Under the pieces are notes generated by a model. The model was not told the DNA's origin and did not search any database. It saw only the letters and a program-made list of their open reading frames with translations. A stretch of 64,000 bases of DNA, from contig OX597833.1 of NCBI GenBank assembly GCA_951406725.2, positions 57,970,001-58,034,000 on the forward strand, written 5' to 3'. Below, one piece after another: positions 1-12,218 of this stretch. Origin of the DNA: Octopus vulgaris. Its lineage: Eukaryota. The first letter of the stretch is position 1. Each line of letters begins with the position of its first letter. Position numbers and translations under genes: made by a program.

Positions 1-65
1 AGATCACTTATAATATGTAATATAATATGATATAACACTCTCTCACACACACATACACACACGCG

Positions 66-1298
66 CAAAAATAATGGAAACACCTAGCATCATAACATCA
101 TAATTTTGAGATATTTATAAAACCGTCAAAACGTTTTTTGATTTATTATTAGTGTTGCTTAATATGTTTTGCTAAAATTGCTTTTTCTTTTCAGATATCA
201 TCAAAATAAGGTAATTAAAATTCATTAAGATGACAGATCTATCGGAGTTTCAAAGCGGTCAAATTGTTGGTGCTCGTATAGCAGGCGCTAGCGTAACGAA
301 AACAGCTGAAATGCTTGGTGTATCAAGAAGTCTCGAAAGTAATGACAGCCTTTGAGAAAGAGGAAAAAAACCTCCTCGTTGAAACAAAACTCCAGAAGAA
401 AACCAAAACTTCCAGATAGGGACCGTTGGATTCTTATGCGAATTATTAGAAAGAATCACAAAAGTACAGCTCCCTAGATTACTGTAGAGCTTAATGACCA
501 CTTCGAGAACCCAGTTTCCACAAGAACAGTTCGCCGGGAGCTACAAAAGGCAGGATTTCAAGGGAGGGCTACAGTCAAGAAAACCACTACTTTCAAAAAC
601 AAACGTTGCAAAGCGTTTAGAGTGGAGTAAAAATCTACAGAATTGGTCCCCAGAGCAGTGGATGAATGTTATTTTCTCGGACGAGTCATCCTTTACCTTT
701 TTTCCGACCACCGAGTGTACTTGTGGAGTCAGCCAAAAGAAGCATTTGACCCAGACTGCTTTCTTCTATTAAACATGGAAGAGGATCTGCAATGATGAGC
801 TTTGGGGGCTATATCTTGAAAATCCGCTGGCCCAATGATTTTCCTTCATGGCAGAATTAATAGACATGACTATTTAAGCATTTTATCTAATCAAATTCAT
901 CCAGTGGTTGCAGAACTGTTTCCGGAGCGAAATGCAATTTTTCAGAATGATAATGCACAAATTCACACAGCTAAAGTTGTTGCTGAATGGTACGAGGAAC
1001 ATTTTAGTGAGGTTGAACATCTTATATGGCCACCACAGTCCCCAGGTCTCAATATTATTGAACACTTATTGGTGCATTTTAGAAAAATAAGGAAGGAGCC
1101 GATATCCTCCACTATCATCACTACAAGAACTGGAGACTGTTTGAACAAAAATTCCTTTGGAAAGAATTCAAACTTTGTACAAGTCCATATCTTGTAGAAT
1201 TCAACTTGTAATTACTGCCAAATATCAAAATTACTGCCATATTAAAATAAATTTGTTTGAAATGTTAAGGTGTTTCCATTATTTTGTCTAAACCCTGT
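66..1298 (+). mobile_element. Tc1/mariner (Tc1-type) DNA transposon, decayed transposase
   Basis: ATG at 230 reads MTDLSEFQSGQIVGARIAGASVTKTAEMLGVSR; catalytic motifs VIFSDESSF, FQNDNAQIH and WPPQSPGLNIIEHL are split over frames; TIR AAAATAATGGAAACACC (~67) / GGTGTTTCCATTATTTTG (~1269-1286), followed by TA. Confidence 0.9.
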
Positions 1299-1529
1299 GT
1301 AGGCTGAAACTGAAATCGCCGCACATTGAAACCGAACCCAGTAGCACAGGGTTGAGAAACAACTTTTATACCTCACAACTACGTTTATAAGTATATAACA
1401 CACACATATACACGCACACATACACTCGCACCTACACATTTATTTATATTCATATATACATACATGTGTGTGTGTGTGTGTGCGCGCGTCTCCGAAAAGC
1501 AGCGAAATTATATATTTCTGTACAATTAA

Positions 1530-1922
1530 TCTCTCTCTATATAAAGCTGAAGTTGTCTGTGTATGGAAGGTTTGGTAGCCTTCAACTAACACTATCTCCT
1601 CCGAGACCCTGCGGCAAAAGTTGACCAAAATTGAGAGTATGATAGAAGAAGGCTTGCTCTTCCTTCCGTAGAAGAAAAAATTCAAATCGGAGCATGTTAA
1701 CAACAACAATTATTTACATGAAAAAGGTGTTTTTTTTCTATGAAAATCCATATTTTTGACGATTTTTTTGACTGCTCTGTCGCCATTTTTCGGTGTATTT
1801 CAAACGGAAAAATGTTCACTTAAAGAGAATAACAAGCTACATAATGCAAAATTTTTACTTTTCAAAAATTCCAATTCTAAAGGGTCGAAAGAAACCCGAG
1901 CAACGCCGGGTTATACTGCTAG
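1530..1922 (+). mobile_element. Non-autonomous Helitron
   Basis: Begins A|TC(TC)nTATATAAA and ends with hairpin CCCGAGCAACGCCGGG plus CTAG|T. Copies at ~17360-17752 and, inverted, ~36137-36530. Confidence 0.75.
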
Positions 1923-2212
1923 TCTTCTATAAAATTGCATCACTATACTAGAGATATAAACGCTGCACTCGATTTTAATACAGAGAAAAGGAATTTTACA
2001 ATTTCATTTCAATAATAACTCAGTTAAACACACGTTTATATTGTCTCCCGTGTTTTATTAATCATGGCAACCTTTCCTTAACTATCATACACAAACCATA
2101 AAAGATTTATTCCACTTCGATGTTCATGTTTTTTTTTTTCTCACGAAAACACGACAGAAAATGAATCTTTTTGATTGCTGTTGTAGCGGTCATAAGACTT
2201 TATCAGCAGCTT

Positions 2213-2644
2213 GGGATCTTTTCGGTTTGAACGGCAGTTTTTTTAGCGGTATCATATGAAATTGTCACCCATAATTATGACCCTAGTATCGATCTATTGC
2301 ATTTCAATCTCTTTTAGGGTTAGGGTTAGTTAGGGTCAGGGTTAAGGGTGGGGGAAGGGTATCTTTTTTTTCTTCACAAGTAAATTAACCCAATCTGTTT
2401 CTTAAACGAGGGACATATTCATACGGCACACAATGCTTTTTAACTCAATAGACGTCACTGATTGGTTGAAATTGCAGAAATTGAAGGCTAAAAACAACAA
2501 ATATCTTACAAACAATAGAATTTTCTAAATAAAGTCAAGAGAAAACGATGTTTTATAAACACATTCTACCAGTATACGAAGTTTAAAATTTTTTAGTTAC
2601 CTAGAAATTATTTTAAAAACTGCCGTTCAAACCGAAAAGATCCC
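2213..2644. mobile_element. MITE with ~30-bp TIRs and internal TTAGGG repeats
   Basis: GGGATCTTTTCGGTTTGAACGGCAGTTTTT ... AAAACTGCCGTTCAAACCGAAAAGATCCC. Other copies or fragments at ~6075-6740, 18053-18485, 35404-35836, 46821-47130, 47190-47900, 55035-55245. Confidence 0.85.
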
Positions 2645-2844
2645 AGGGAGTTTTTGACCTCTAATTGCTTGGGTAATTGCTTGGATAATATCAGGTTATC
2701 AAATTTATCATAGGTTCGAAAAGAAATTGGATCAGTTATTTAGAAAATTTGAAACTTTTCTATTGTGGAAACATTCTACGTAAGAAGTATTTCTCAAGTT
2801 GACAATGGATAAGATTGAAGACATTCTGTGTGTGTGTGTGTGTG

Positions 2845-2890
<46 letters not shown>

Positions 2891-3004
2891 GGTATGTGTT
2901 TGTTTGTGTGTGTATGAGTGTGTTTTTGTGAGCGTTCGCCCGATCGAGTGTGTGTGTGTCTGTGACTATAGGTGTGACTGTATGCAAGTGCGTCTCTGAT
3001 TCTG

Positions 3005-3052
<48 letters not shown>

Positions 3053-4079
3053 TGTATGAGTGTGTATGGTGTGTGAGTGTGCGCACTCCCGATCGAGTGT
3101 GTGTATGTCTGTGACTGTATGCGTGTGCGTCTCTGACTGTGTGTGTGTGTGTGTGCGTGTGCACGCGCGCACCCTTTACCATTACTCGACTGTGTGCGTG
3201 CGTGAGTATGTATACCCCACTGTAGATTCTGGAGAACGTGTGAGAGTGTATATACACTTGTCTATGTGTGACTAGTGTATGTGTGTTTAATGAAACTGAA
3301 AAACCATTTAAATAAACAATGGAATTCATTTTCCCCACAACAATTTCGAAAGCTAATAAGTAGATGATGCTACGCTACCAAATCAATGATCGGTTATTCT
3401 TCTCTTATTATGGTTGCGTTACGAGAAAATTCTAAAATTTGGTTTCAAATGTGGCTACTTACCATTGGCAAGCTATTTATTTCATTAGAATTTGCCACGA
3501 GGGCAGTACATAGATGAGTAGCTGCGGGCTGGTCAAAAGCATCAATGAGATGAGGATGATAAGGATGAACAAAAATAGGAAGGCCACTGGCACCCGCCGC
3601 CCAATAACCCCTCGAATACAAAGTTTCTTTACTAAAATTTATTACAACACAAATTTTTACAACAAAAAATTTTACACCAAAAAATTTTTACAACAAAATT
3701 TTTACAACAAAAATTTTCTTACAATTTTCTTTGTCAGGTCCCCCGAACTAATTGAACTGCCACCTGCAGACAACTCTGCATCGACAGGTCGGGTCCTGAA
3801 AAGAGAAAAGCGAATTCTTTCTTGTCAAAGGTCGCTGTGACCTTTGACAAAGTTTTTTCCGTGACCGCTTCCGCAGCCACTTACCACACAGCCAGTCCTA
3901 TTGTGCATTTGGGGAGTGTATTTTGCCTTGTGTACATACATGTGTGTGTGAGTGTGTGCATGAATGTATGTATGTATGTATGTATATATTTATAGATTGA
4001 AGGCTTCGAATGATTTGTCTGTGTTCCGTGTTTGTCCCTTCCTGTATTTCACGTTCTTTATATATAAAACATTTATTCT

Positions 4080-4114
<35 letters not shown>

Positions 4115-4207
4115 TATATAATTAGGGCTTAGTAAAATAAATTACTTTATATGTACATAAATATATACATACATACATTCATGCACACACTCACACACAC
4201 ATGTATT

Positions 4208-4255
<48 letters not shown>

Positions 4256-4257
<2 letters not shown>

Positions 4258-4620
4258 CGCAGGAGTGGCTGTGTGGTAAGTAGCTTGCTTAACAACCACA
4301 TGATTCCGGGTTCAGTCCCACTGCATGGCATCTTGGGCGCAAGTGTCTTCTACTATAGCCTTGTGATTTGGTAGACGGAAACTGAAAGAAGCCCGTCGTA
4401 TATATGTATATATATATATCTGTGTGTATTTGTGTGTCTGTGCTTGACAACCGATGCTGGTGTGTTTATGTCCCCGTTACTTAGCGGTTCGGCAAAAGAA
4501 ACCTATAGAATAAGTACTGGGCTTACAAAAGAATAAGTCCCGGGGTCGAGTTGCTCGATTAAAGGCGGTGCTCTAACATGGCTGCGGTCAAATGACTGAA
4601 ACAAGTAAAAGAGTAAAAGA
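4256..4620 (+). mobile_element. tRNA-derived CORE-type octopus SINE
   Basis: Head GGCGCAGGAGTGGCTGTGTGGTAAG (A box), GGTTCAGTCCC (B box), CORE-like CTTGGGC(GC)AAGTGTCTT, internal (TA)/(TG), tail GTAAAAGAGTAAAAGAG. Confidence 0.8.
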
Positions 4621-4673
4621 GAGAGTATAGGGTGTACATTTGTTCATGCGAGTGTATATATTGATATACTCAC

Positions 4674-4724
4674 CTGTAGAATTTCCTGCATTTTCCCAGT
4701 TATTTTCTGCATTTCTTCAGCCAT
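4674..4724 (-). CDS. First coding exon (MAEEMQKITGKMQEILQ) of a tandem paralog of the TPR gene; remainder off the left edge
   Basis: ATG...CTACAG|GTGAGT donor, 51 nt, one L>M change versus 23830-23880; downstream intron sequence is paralogous to 15835-18670. Confidence 0.65.
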
Positions 4725-4901
4725 TCCTTTATAGCTGTGTGTGTATAAAAAGGCAAATTTTCTTTGGACAACAAAATCTGTATGTTTTCTTTTTGTGAAA
4801 TTATGCTTTCTGTTGTATTCGTGAAATGAAGAAAGGTCAAGTTGTAGAAATGATATAATGAATAATAACAGTCACTATCTATATCCAATCTCTATCCAAG
4901 C

Positions 4902-5492
4902 TTCTCAGAAGGGTAAATATATGGCAACGAATATTATATACAGAGAGAGTGTCACTTTTTGTAGGTGTTCCTTTCTGGAAACCAGGTCCTATAGGAATGC
5001 TGGAAGTTGTGAAGGGATTAATAAAGTAAAATAGTCGAGATTGAAGAAGTAAAATAATTCAGAAATAATAAATCTGTTTTGGGAGTCTCAGAAAATAATA
5101 ACAACGCCCGTTAATGTCACCAACTAAATGAGTAAAAGTGAAAGAATTCTCTGAAAACACGTCACATCCGGATTGACCAAATCGAATTCTGGTGAATCGG
5201 AATTACGTGTCAAAAGTGAAAGTAATACATCGCTCTATTGTTATGTCAGATACTTTCACTTTAATATTGAAACAATTAAAATGAAACTATTATGTAACAG
5301 GGATGAACTGTAACTGGACATACATTCTGCTAGACTTGCTTAGGGTCCATGTAGTGTCATGAGGAAAAAAAAATTTAACTTCTTGCCTAGGGCGAGCCAA
5401 CAGCAATATCGTATCCTCTCTACTATTTCAGTATTACGTGTCAAAATCGAAAGAAAAACATTTCTCTGTTGTAATGTCAGATACTTTCACTT
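4902..5492 (-). promoter_or_regulatory. IRF-element/GAS motif cluster upstream of the paralog's exon 1
   Basis: AAAAGTGAAAG 5134-5144, AAAAGTGAAAGT 5212-5223, ACTTTCACTTT 5252-5262, ACTTTCACTT 5483-5492; TTCTCAGAA 4902 and TTCTCTGAA 5147. Confidence 0.45.
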
Positions 5493-5742
5493 AAATACTG
5501 AAACTATTATATAACAGGGTTGAACTGTAACTGGACATCCATTCTGCTAGAAGAAGATCCGCCATGGTCTTATATGCTACACCACTGGTTTTAAATTTTT
5601 ACTAATCAAATTAATATTCAATTTTTTACTCTTATTATTTTAAATATAAATTTACATGTATATATATATATATATATACATGTATACATATAGATGTATA
5701 TATATAGAGAGATGTATATATTTATATGTATGTATATGTATA

Positions 5743-6045
5743 TCTTTCTATATAAAATTCAAGTTGTGTGTGAGACTCTGTCTCCTGCAATTTTGATTCC
5801 CAAATACTCCCACATTTTGCGGTGCAATTTAGCCAAAAGCGGGTATGTTATAGTCGTCATTCATATTGAACCCTTCTGCGTATTAGCGCCAATCTACGAT
5901 GAGTTTACGATTTTAAAAAAATTTACCATCATTTCTTCGAATTTTTAATGATTTTTGCTCGGGTTATATAAGGGAAGTAACTCTCTAAAATGCTTATATA
6001 GTTATTTCCTTTACAATGCCGAGCAAAGCCGGGCGATACTGCTAG
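5743..6045 (+). mobile_element. Non-autonomous Helitron (second family)
   Basis: 5' TC...TATATAAAA; 3' hairpin GCCGAGCAAAGCCGGGC plus CTAG|T; related to 55355-55870. Confidence 0.75.
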
Positions 6046-6076
<31 letters not shown>

Positions 6077-7039
6077 GTTTTAGGGTTAGAGTTAGGGTTG
6101 GGGGTTGGGTTAGGGTTAGTGTTAAGGTTAGGGTTAGGGTTTAGGTTAGGGTTAGGAGTGGGGGGAAGGGTAGCTTTTTTATTTCAGAAATGTAAATAAA
6201 CCCAATCTGTTTCTTAAACGAGGGACATTTTCGTATTTCAACGCCAGAAAATTTTACGGCAGATAATGTTTTCACCTCAATAGACGTCATTGATTGGTTG
6301 AAATTGCCAAAATTGAAGAAAACATCTTACCAATATCTTACAAGCTACATAATTTTTTCCAGAGAGCCAAGAGAAAGAGATGGGATGTTTTCGGTTTGAA
6401 CGGCAGTTTTTTTCTAGCATGTCATATGAAATTGTCACCGTAATTATGACCCTAGTATCGATCTATTGCATTTCAATCTCTTTTAGGGTTAGGGTTAGGG
6501 GTGGAAGAAGGGTATCTATTTTTCTTCACAAATGTAAATAAACCCAATCTGGGACATATTCATACCGCACAGAATCTTTTCAGCTCAATAGACATCATTG
6601 ATTGGTTGAAATTGCAGAAATTGAAGGAAAAAAACAACAAATATCTTACAAACTATAGAATTTTCTCAAGAAAGCCAAGAGAAAAAGATGTTTTATAAAC
6701 ACATTCTACCAGAATACGAAGTTTAAAAGTGTTTAGTTACTCTCTCTCTCTTTTACTCTTTTACTTTTTCAGTCATTTGACTGCGGCCATGCTGGAGCAC
6801 CGCCTTTAATCGAGCAACTCCCCGGGACTTATTCTTTTGTAAGCCCAGTACTTATTCTATAGGTCAATGCTAGGGTGGAAAACACGGACACACAAACATA
6901 CACACACACATATACACATATATACATATATACGTCAAGCATCTTTCAGTTTCCGGCAACTGTCTTCTACTATAGCTTCGGGCCAACCAAATACTTGTGA
7001 ATGGATTTGGTAGACGGAAACTGAAAGAAGCCCGTCGTA

Positions 7040-7118
<79 letters not shown>

Positions 7119-7255
7119 ATGCGTTTGTCGTCCCAACATCGCTTCACAACCGATGCTGGTGTGTTTACATCCCCGTAACCTAGCGGTTCGTAACTAATTG
7201 GTAAAATCATTGATTAATAATTAATTGATTAATTTTACCCTTTTTTATTATTGAT

Positions 7256-7317
<62 letters not shown>

Positions 7318-7319
7318 GA

Positions 7320-9378
7320 CAGAGATTGAATCTCTGTCTACTTCTGAAATAGATGCTGAGAACATTGAAGAAGTATACGGCAGCCTCATCAAATTAACAG
7401 AGGAAGTTGCACTAGCAACTCTTCCCAAAAAGAAGAGTAGGGGCCAGAGAAAACCTTCTAATTCCCCAAATGTCATCGAAGCCAGAAACCATCTAAAGTC
7501 TATATCACTAGCTTACCACCGTTCTCCATCCCAGTCACTGAAGATCCAACTCATAGCTGCCAAGAAGAATCTAGATGAGGCTTACTTGAACGCCGAGGTC
7601 GACTTTATTAATGGCAAAATTAGTAAACTATGCAAAGAGCACATTAGTAAAAAACACCATCTTGCCTAGAAATCCATCAAAGACCTATCAGGCAAAAATT
7701 CTGGGTCATCAATTAGAATTAAAGGGGGATCAGCTAAGAAGCGTTTAGAAAATTGGTCAACCCATTTTAAAAACCTCCTTGGGAAGAATGCCAAAATCCC
7801 TGATAACCCCACTCTTCCAAGTGTGCCTATATCAGACACGCGCTGGACATCAACACCTCCCCTTTTGCCATATTTGAACTAACAGCAGCCACCAAGCAAC
7901 TAAAAGCCTCGAAAGCATTTGGTCCCGACAACATCCCAGCTGTAATTTGGAAGGATGATAGATTTCACACACTTTTGCTCAACCTCTGCAACCACACACT
8001 TTCCACCTTTGTCGCTCCAAAGATTTGGCACCAATCTCAAATCATTCCAATACCCAAAAAAGGCGATTTATCCCTCGTCACCAACTACAGAGGTATATCT
8101 CTAATGTCAATTGCTGCAAAACTGTACAACAAACTGATCCTAAATCGTCTTGTCCTTTTTGTTGAACCTTTGCTCCGAAGGAACCAAAATGGATTCAGAC
8201 ATGGGCGCTCAACGCTGAGCCAGATACTATGCCTACGCAGACTTATTGAAGAATCAAAAGCATTTAATCGCGATCTTGCAATGGTATTTGTAGACTTCTC
8301 TAAAGCGTTCGATTCTGTAGATAGGTACAAGATGTTTGAAATCCTTAAGCTCTATGGGATACCAGACAAAATCATTTCTACCATCAAGGCCCTCTACACA
8401 GATACGTCTTCAACCATCTTAACCCCTGACGGAGAAACATCATCTTTCTCAATCAAAGCCGGAATACTGCAGGGAGACACACTCGCCCCATTTCTTTTTA
8501 TCATTGTTGTTGATTATGTGCTACGTATGTCAGTTGATACCATCTCTGGCAAGGGCTTTGAAATAAAACCAAGAAGAAGTTCCAGACACCCAGCTGAGTA
8601 CTTGACAGACACTGACTTTGCTGACGACATCGCTCTTATCAGTGATTCTCTCTCCAATGCCCAGTCTCTTTTACAATCTCTTGAACAAGCCTCAAATTGT
8701 GTAGGTCTTTACCTCAATGAGGCCAAAACTGAATACATAAACAAGTGCCTGTCCAACAGTGATTGCATCATCCATACTCTCAACAACGCGCCCTTAAATA
8801 TGATTTCTGATTATAAATATCTTGGGTCATACATATCATCATCTGGAAAAGAGTTTCTAACTAGAAAGGGTATGGCCTGGTCAGCCTGTAATGACATGCA
8901 TAAGATCTGGTCATCAAATCTAAGTAGAGACTTCAAACTTGAAATATTCAAAGCCACAGTCGACCCAATTCTACTATATGGCTCAGAAACCTGGACGTTA
9001 TCAAAGAGGCTTGAGAGGCGGTTGGATGGAACCTACACTCGCCTCCTTATGAGAGCTCAAAATCTCTCATGGAAGCGCCATCCAACCAAAATGCAAATAT
9101 ATGGGAAACTACTACCTGTGTCATCTCTTGTGAAAGGTAGGAGAGTCCAGTTTGCTGGACATTGTTGTAGAGCTGAAAAAGAAGTAATTTCTACTCTTCT
9201 CCTCTGGAAGCCATCTACTCGCAATACCAGAGGGCGCACACTCTCCTACCCTGATGTAATCTCCAGGGATACAGGCATCCAGCAACAGGACCTCCGTAAA
9301 GCCATGATGGACCGTGAAGTCCGGCGTAGCATGGTAAATTCCATTGTCTCGATCACGGTCGAACAATGATGATGATGA

Positions 9379-9381
<3 letters not shown>
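7320..9381 (+). mobile_element. 5'-truncated RTE-clade LINE
   Basis: RT ORF preceded by a disrupted linker (stop near 7668, frameshift near 7840); ends in (GAT)n; inserted in a CA/TA microsatellite; no endonuclease domain visible. Confidence 0.85.
7975..9369 (+). CDS. Non-LTR reverse transcriptase (open 464-aa remnant of the RTE ORF)
   Basis: Motifs PIPKKGDLS, NYRGISL, QNGFR, FVDFSKAFDSV, GILQGDTLAPFLF, DFADDIAL, YKYLGS, LLYGSETW. Confidence 0.9.
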   Translation: MLNLCNHTLSTFVAPKIWHQSQIIPIPKKGDLSLVTNYRGISLMSIAAKLYNKLILNRLVLFVEPLLRRNQNGFRHGRSTLSQILCLRRLIEESKAFNRDLAMVFVDFSKAFDSVDRYKMFEILKLYGIPDKIISTIKALYTDTSSTILTPDGETSSFSIKAGILQGDTLAPFLFIIVVDYVLRMSVDTISGKGFEIKPRRSSRHPAEYLTDTDFADDIALISDSLSNAQSLLQSLEQASNCVGLYLNEAKTEYINKCLSNSDCIIHTLNNAPLNMISDYKYLGSYISSSGKEFLTRKGMAWSACNDMHKIWSSNLSRDFKLEIFKATVDPILLYGSETWTLSKRLERRLDGTYTRLLMRAQNLSWKRHPTKMQIYGKLLPVSSLVKGRRVQFAGHCCRAEKEVISTLLLWKPSTRNTRGRTLSYPDVISRDTGIQQQDLRKAMMDREVRRSMVNSIVSITVEQ

Positions 9382-9409
<28 letters not shown>

Positions 9410-9419
<10 letters not shown>

Positions 9420-10232
9420 GAGAGTATAACTCCAAACTTACAGGGAAAAATTCAGCTGAGTATTAAATCATATTTCACAGTATAGAGATATAAAATATGA
9501 ATTAGAGATAAAACCACTATTATGCAACTCAAACAGTGATAGACATAAACCAATACATAAATAATTTAATTTTTAAATGTATTTCATGAATATATTATAT
9601 TGATATTTATAATATTTATGTAAGTAATAATGGACTAATTAATTTATTTTTCTTTATGTCCTTATATTTATTGATAGAGTAAATTATATATTTTAATTAC
9701 TATATGTGTTGATTATAATATAGATACTTATTTTTAAATATTTTATAATTATTAGATGTGAACTTAAATTTAAAAATATGAATAGTGATTATTTTCTTAA
9801 ATAATTTGGTAATTAGATATTGGACTATAACTGAGTTAAGGATATTCGAGAGTTTATTATGTTTTTTTTAAACTATATTATATCTTCATAGATAAATACA
9901 TATTTCTATCTATTTTTTTACCTTAAAAATAAATATTTAACATAATAAATGTGTTGTAGGAAATAATCCTAATGATTTAAGCTTCTAATTTAGATAATGG
10001 AGTTTTTTTATAAGAAAAATTGTTATTTTATTTATTTCTTAAATAAATATTGTTTAACTCTATTTGCTTATTTATTTAACTATTATCATTAACCTGAAGA
10101 TTGACTATAATTTTAATTTGAATTTATTTCAATTGAATTTAAACTTAATTGTAATTCAAATTTAATTGTAGCCATGAAACGTACCTTAGTGTTCTTACTT
10201 ATATTATATTTATAATTCATTTTATGCTTTTT

Positions 10233-10236
<4 letters not shown>
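9410..10236 (+). mobile_element. AT-rich Penelope-like non-autonomous element with degenerate hammerhead motif
   Basis: Bounded by (TA)n; CTGAAGA 10094 ... GAAACGTACC 10176; paralog at ~49865-50670, inverted copy ~43628-44327. Confidence 0.5.
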
Positions 10237-10325
<89 letters not shown>

Positions 10326-10740
10326 CTCTTTACAACTGCTTCCTTGTCCACTGAATACCTTTCATCATACACTACACGAAGCATTAAGTTACGTCGAACT
10401 TTGAAATTTTGCAGCCAACCACCACTATAATGACACTTATATTTTAGTTTAAGTATTTTGTGAGTCTAGAAGGTTTGTTTCTTCAATATTAGATCTGCAT
10501 ACAACTCATCACTTTCCCTTATACGTATCCTATGGGATCAAATTCATCAGAAATTCATCTAATTTCGATTTTTTTTCATCTTTCATTGTTTTCTTCTTAT
10601 ACATCTGTTTCTTTGAATAATTTATAGGAAAACAACAATCAAACACAACTGTATACTTTTATTTTTATTTTATTTCAATTTTTATTGTCAATTGTGGAAA
10701 ATCCAGTGCTGTTACAGGCATCTTGTAGACACAATGCTAT

Positions 10741-11479
10741 TGTTACTAACCTGCCGTCGCTCAATCCGAACCCGGGACCCTACTAAGTCGAGCGACGACG
10801 ATTGACAAGGCTCAGTCGAACGGAATCCGCCATAGAGAAAATGGTGGTGGGGGATGGCAGCGAACTCGAACCGGCGACCGGAGATAACAACAACAACAAC
10901 AGCAGGAAGAAGAGAGAGACGGCGGAAGGCATTTGCTTTACGTTTAACAACAGTTTATACAATTATTACAACATGAAATAAAACGTGAAACATATCAGAT
11001 ACATTTAAGAAAATAACCTGCAACAATTAAAAAGAAGAAAACAACAAAAGGCATGCACAAAACAGAACGTCCGGAAACAATCAAAACATTAATGTTTTGA
11101 TGCAATATAGAGTTCGAAACAGTTCAACATTAAAGTCTTTCTCTTTCTTTCTTTTTCTCTTTAACACAATGTTCTTTTTTCTTTCTTTTCTTCCTCGTTT
11201 CCTCAATTCACAAATCTCCTTTTTTGACACAATACTTTTTCTTTTCAACAATTCTTTTTTTCGACACAGTTCACAATTTAAACATAAACAAAACATACCG
11301 TTACAAACTCCTACTACAATAGCCATGCCTTTTCGCCGTAATCCCTCTCTTTCGCTCTACATGTCCCCAATGCTATCTGCCTGTCTTTCTCACCACGCCT
11401 GTCCACACTGTCGTAGCCTCTCCAGACTGCACCTATTGCCAACTCACTGTCTCAGGCAGAACTGACCAACAATCTCACA
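10741..11479 (-). mobile_element. Candidate solo LTR
   Basis: Bounded TGTTAC...CTCACA (TG..CA), ~740 bp, GC-richer than its flanks; TSD only partial (GCTAT/GCTCG). Mirror at ~42390-43120. Confidence 0.3.
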
Positions 11480-12067
11480 GCTCGCCGCATTTTAATGGGT
11501 CGTTTCTTAAACTTTGCTTGACCGGAAAAGGGTCAGAGGTATTTTCCAAACTCATTAATTTCTCTAAAAATAGACAGGACAAAGTGTTTTTCCGTCTGCT
11601 TGGGGCCAAACCACAAAACCAGGCCACAAGCACTCTTTCTCCGAATGACCCCCGTATCACTATTAAATTTCTTTTCAAATCTTCGAATTTATTTTTAATG
11701 AAAATTTTCCGATATTTTCAGTATATGAAATTAAATAAATTTCCTTTATTTATTCGGAAAATGGCAGGGGGTTAGACATGAACGAGATATTATAAGAAAG
11801 AGGAGAACAAATTGGAATAGTTTGTTTGTGTTTGTAAGTAATGTTAACCAAGTGATGCTGCATTGAGCTTATGCTACATGTTGGAACAATGGTATCAGGT
11901 TTCATGTCTGTTTGGTAACCTAGTTTACACACATCGATGCACTTGAAAATACATTTGTCAATCTGTAGTGAAATATGTTGACCATTGATATTAGAAGTCA
12001 TTGAGAGGAATCTGTTGGTGTGTGTGTGTTTATGTGAAATTGCTAAGGTTAATAAAATGTATGTATG

Positions 12068-12132
<65 letters not shown>

Positions 12133-12182
12133 AAAAAAGTCAAGGTAGAAAATGCTAAAATAATTATATAAAAAAAACATTT

Positions 12183-12218
12183 CATTACTGGTTTCAGTCA
12201 TTGAGACTTTTTCAACTG
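12183..12218 (-). ncRNA. Minimal type I hammerhead-like motif, U3:A8 variant (decayed)
   Basis: Minus strand: CAG UUGAAAA AGUC ucaau GACU GAAA CCAG UA AUG. Mirror on + at 41652-41687. Confidence 0.5.

Larger units (their letters stand above)
1..5415 (+). repeat. Direct segmental duplication, paralogous to 15835-24571
   Basis: 1-2830 matches 15835-18670 and ~4256-5415 matches ~23365-24571, with scattered substitutions; the middle parts differ. Confidence 0.9.

Noticed and set aside
3822-3850. Perfect 12-bp hairpin TTGTCAAAGGTC/GACCTTTGACAA as a terminator or ncRNA
   Set aside because: Isolated, next to a minisatellite in a repeat remnant, with no supporting context.
4256-4330. tRNA genes at SINE heads
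   Set aside because: Only A/B boxes are present, with no full cloverleaf, and each is followed by a SINE body.
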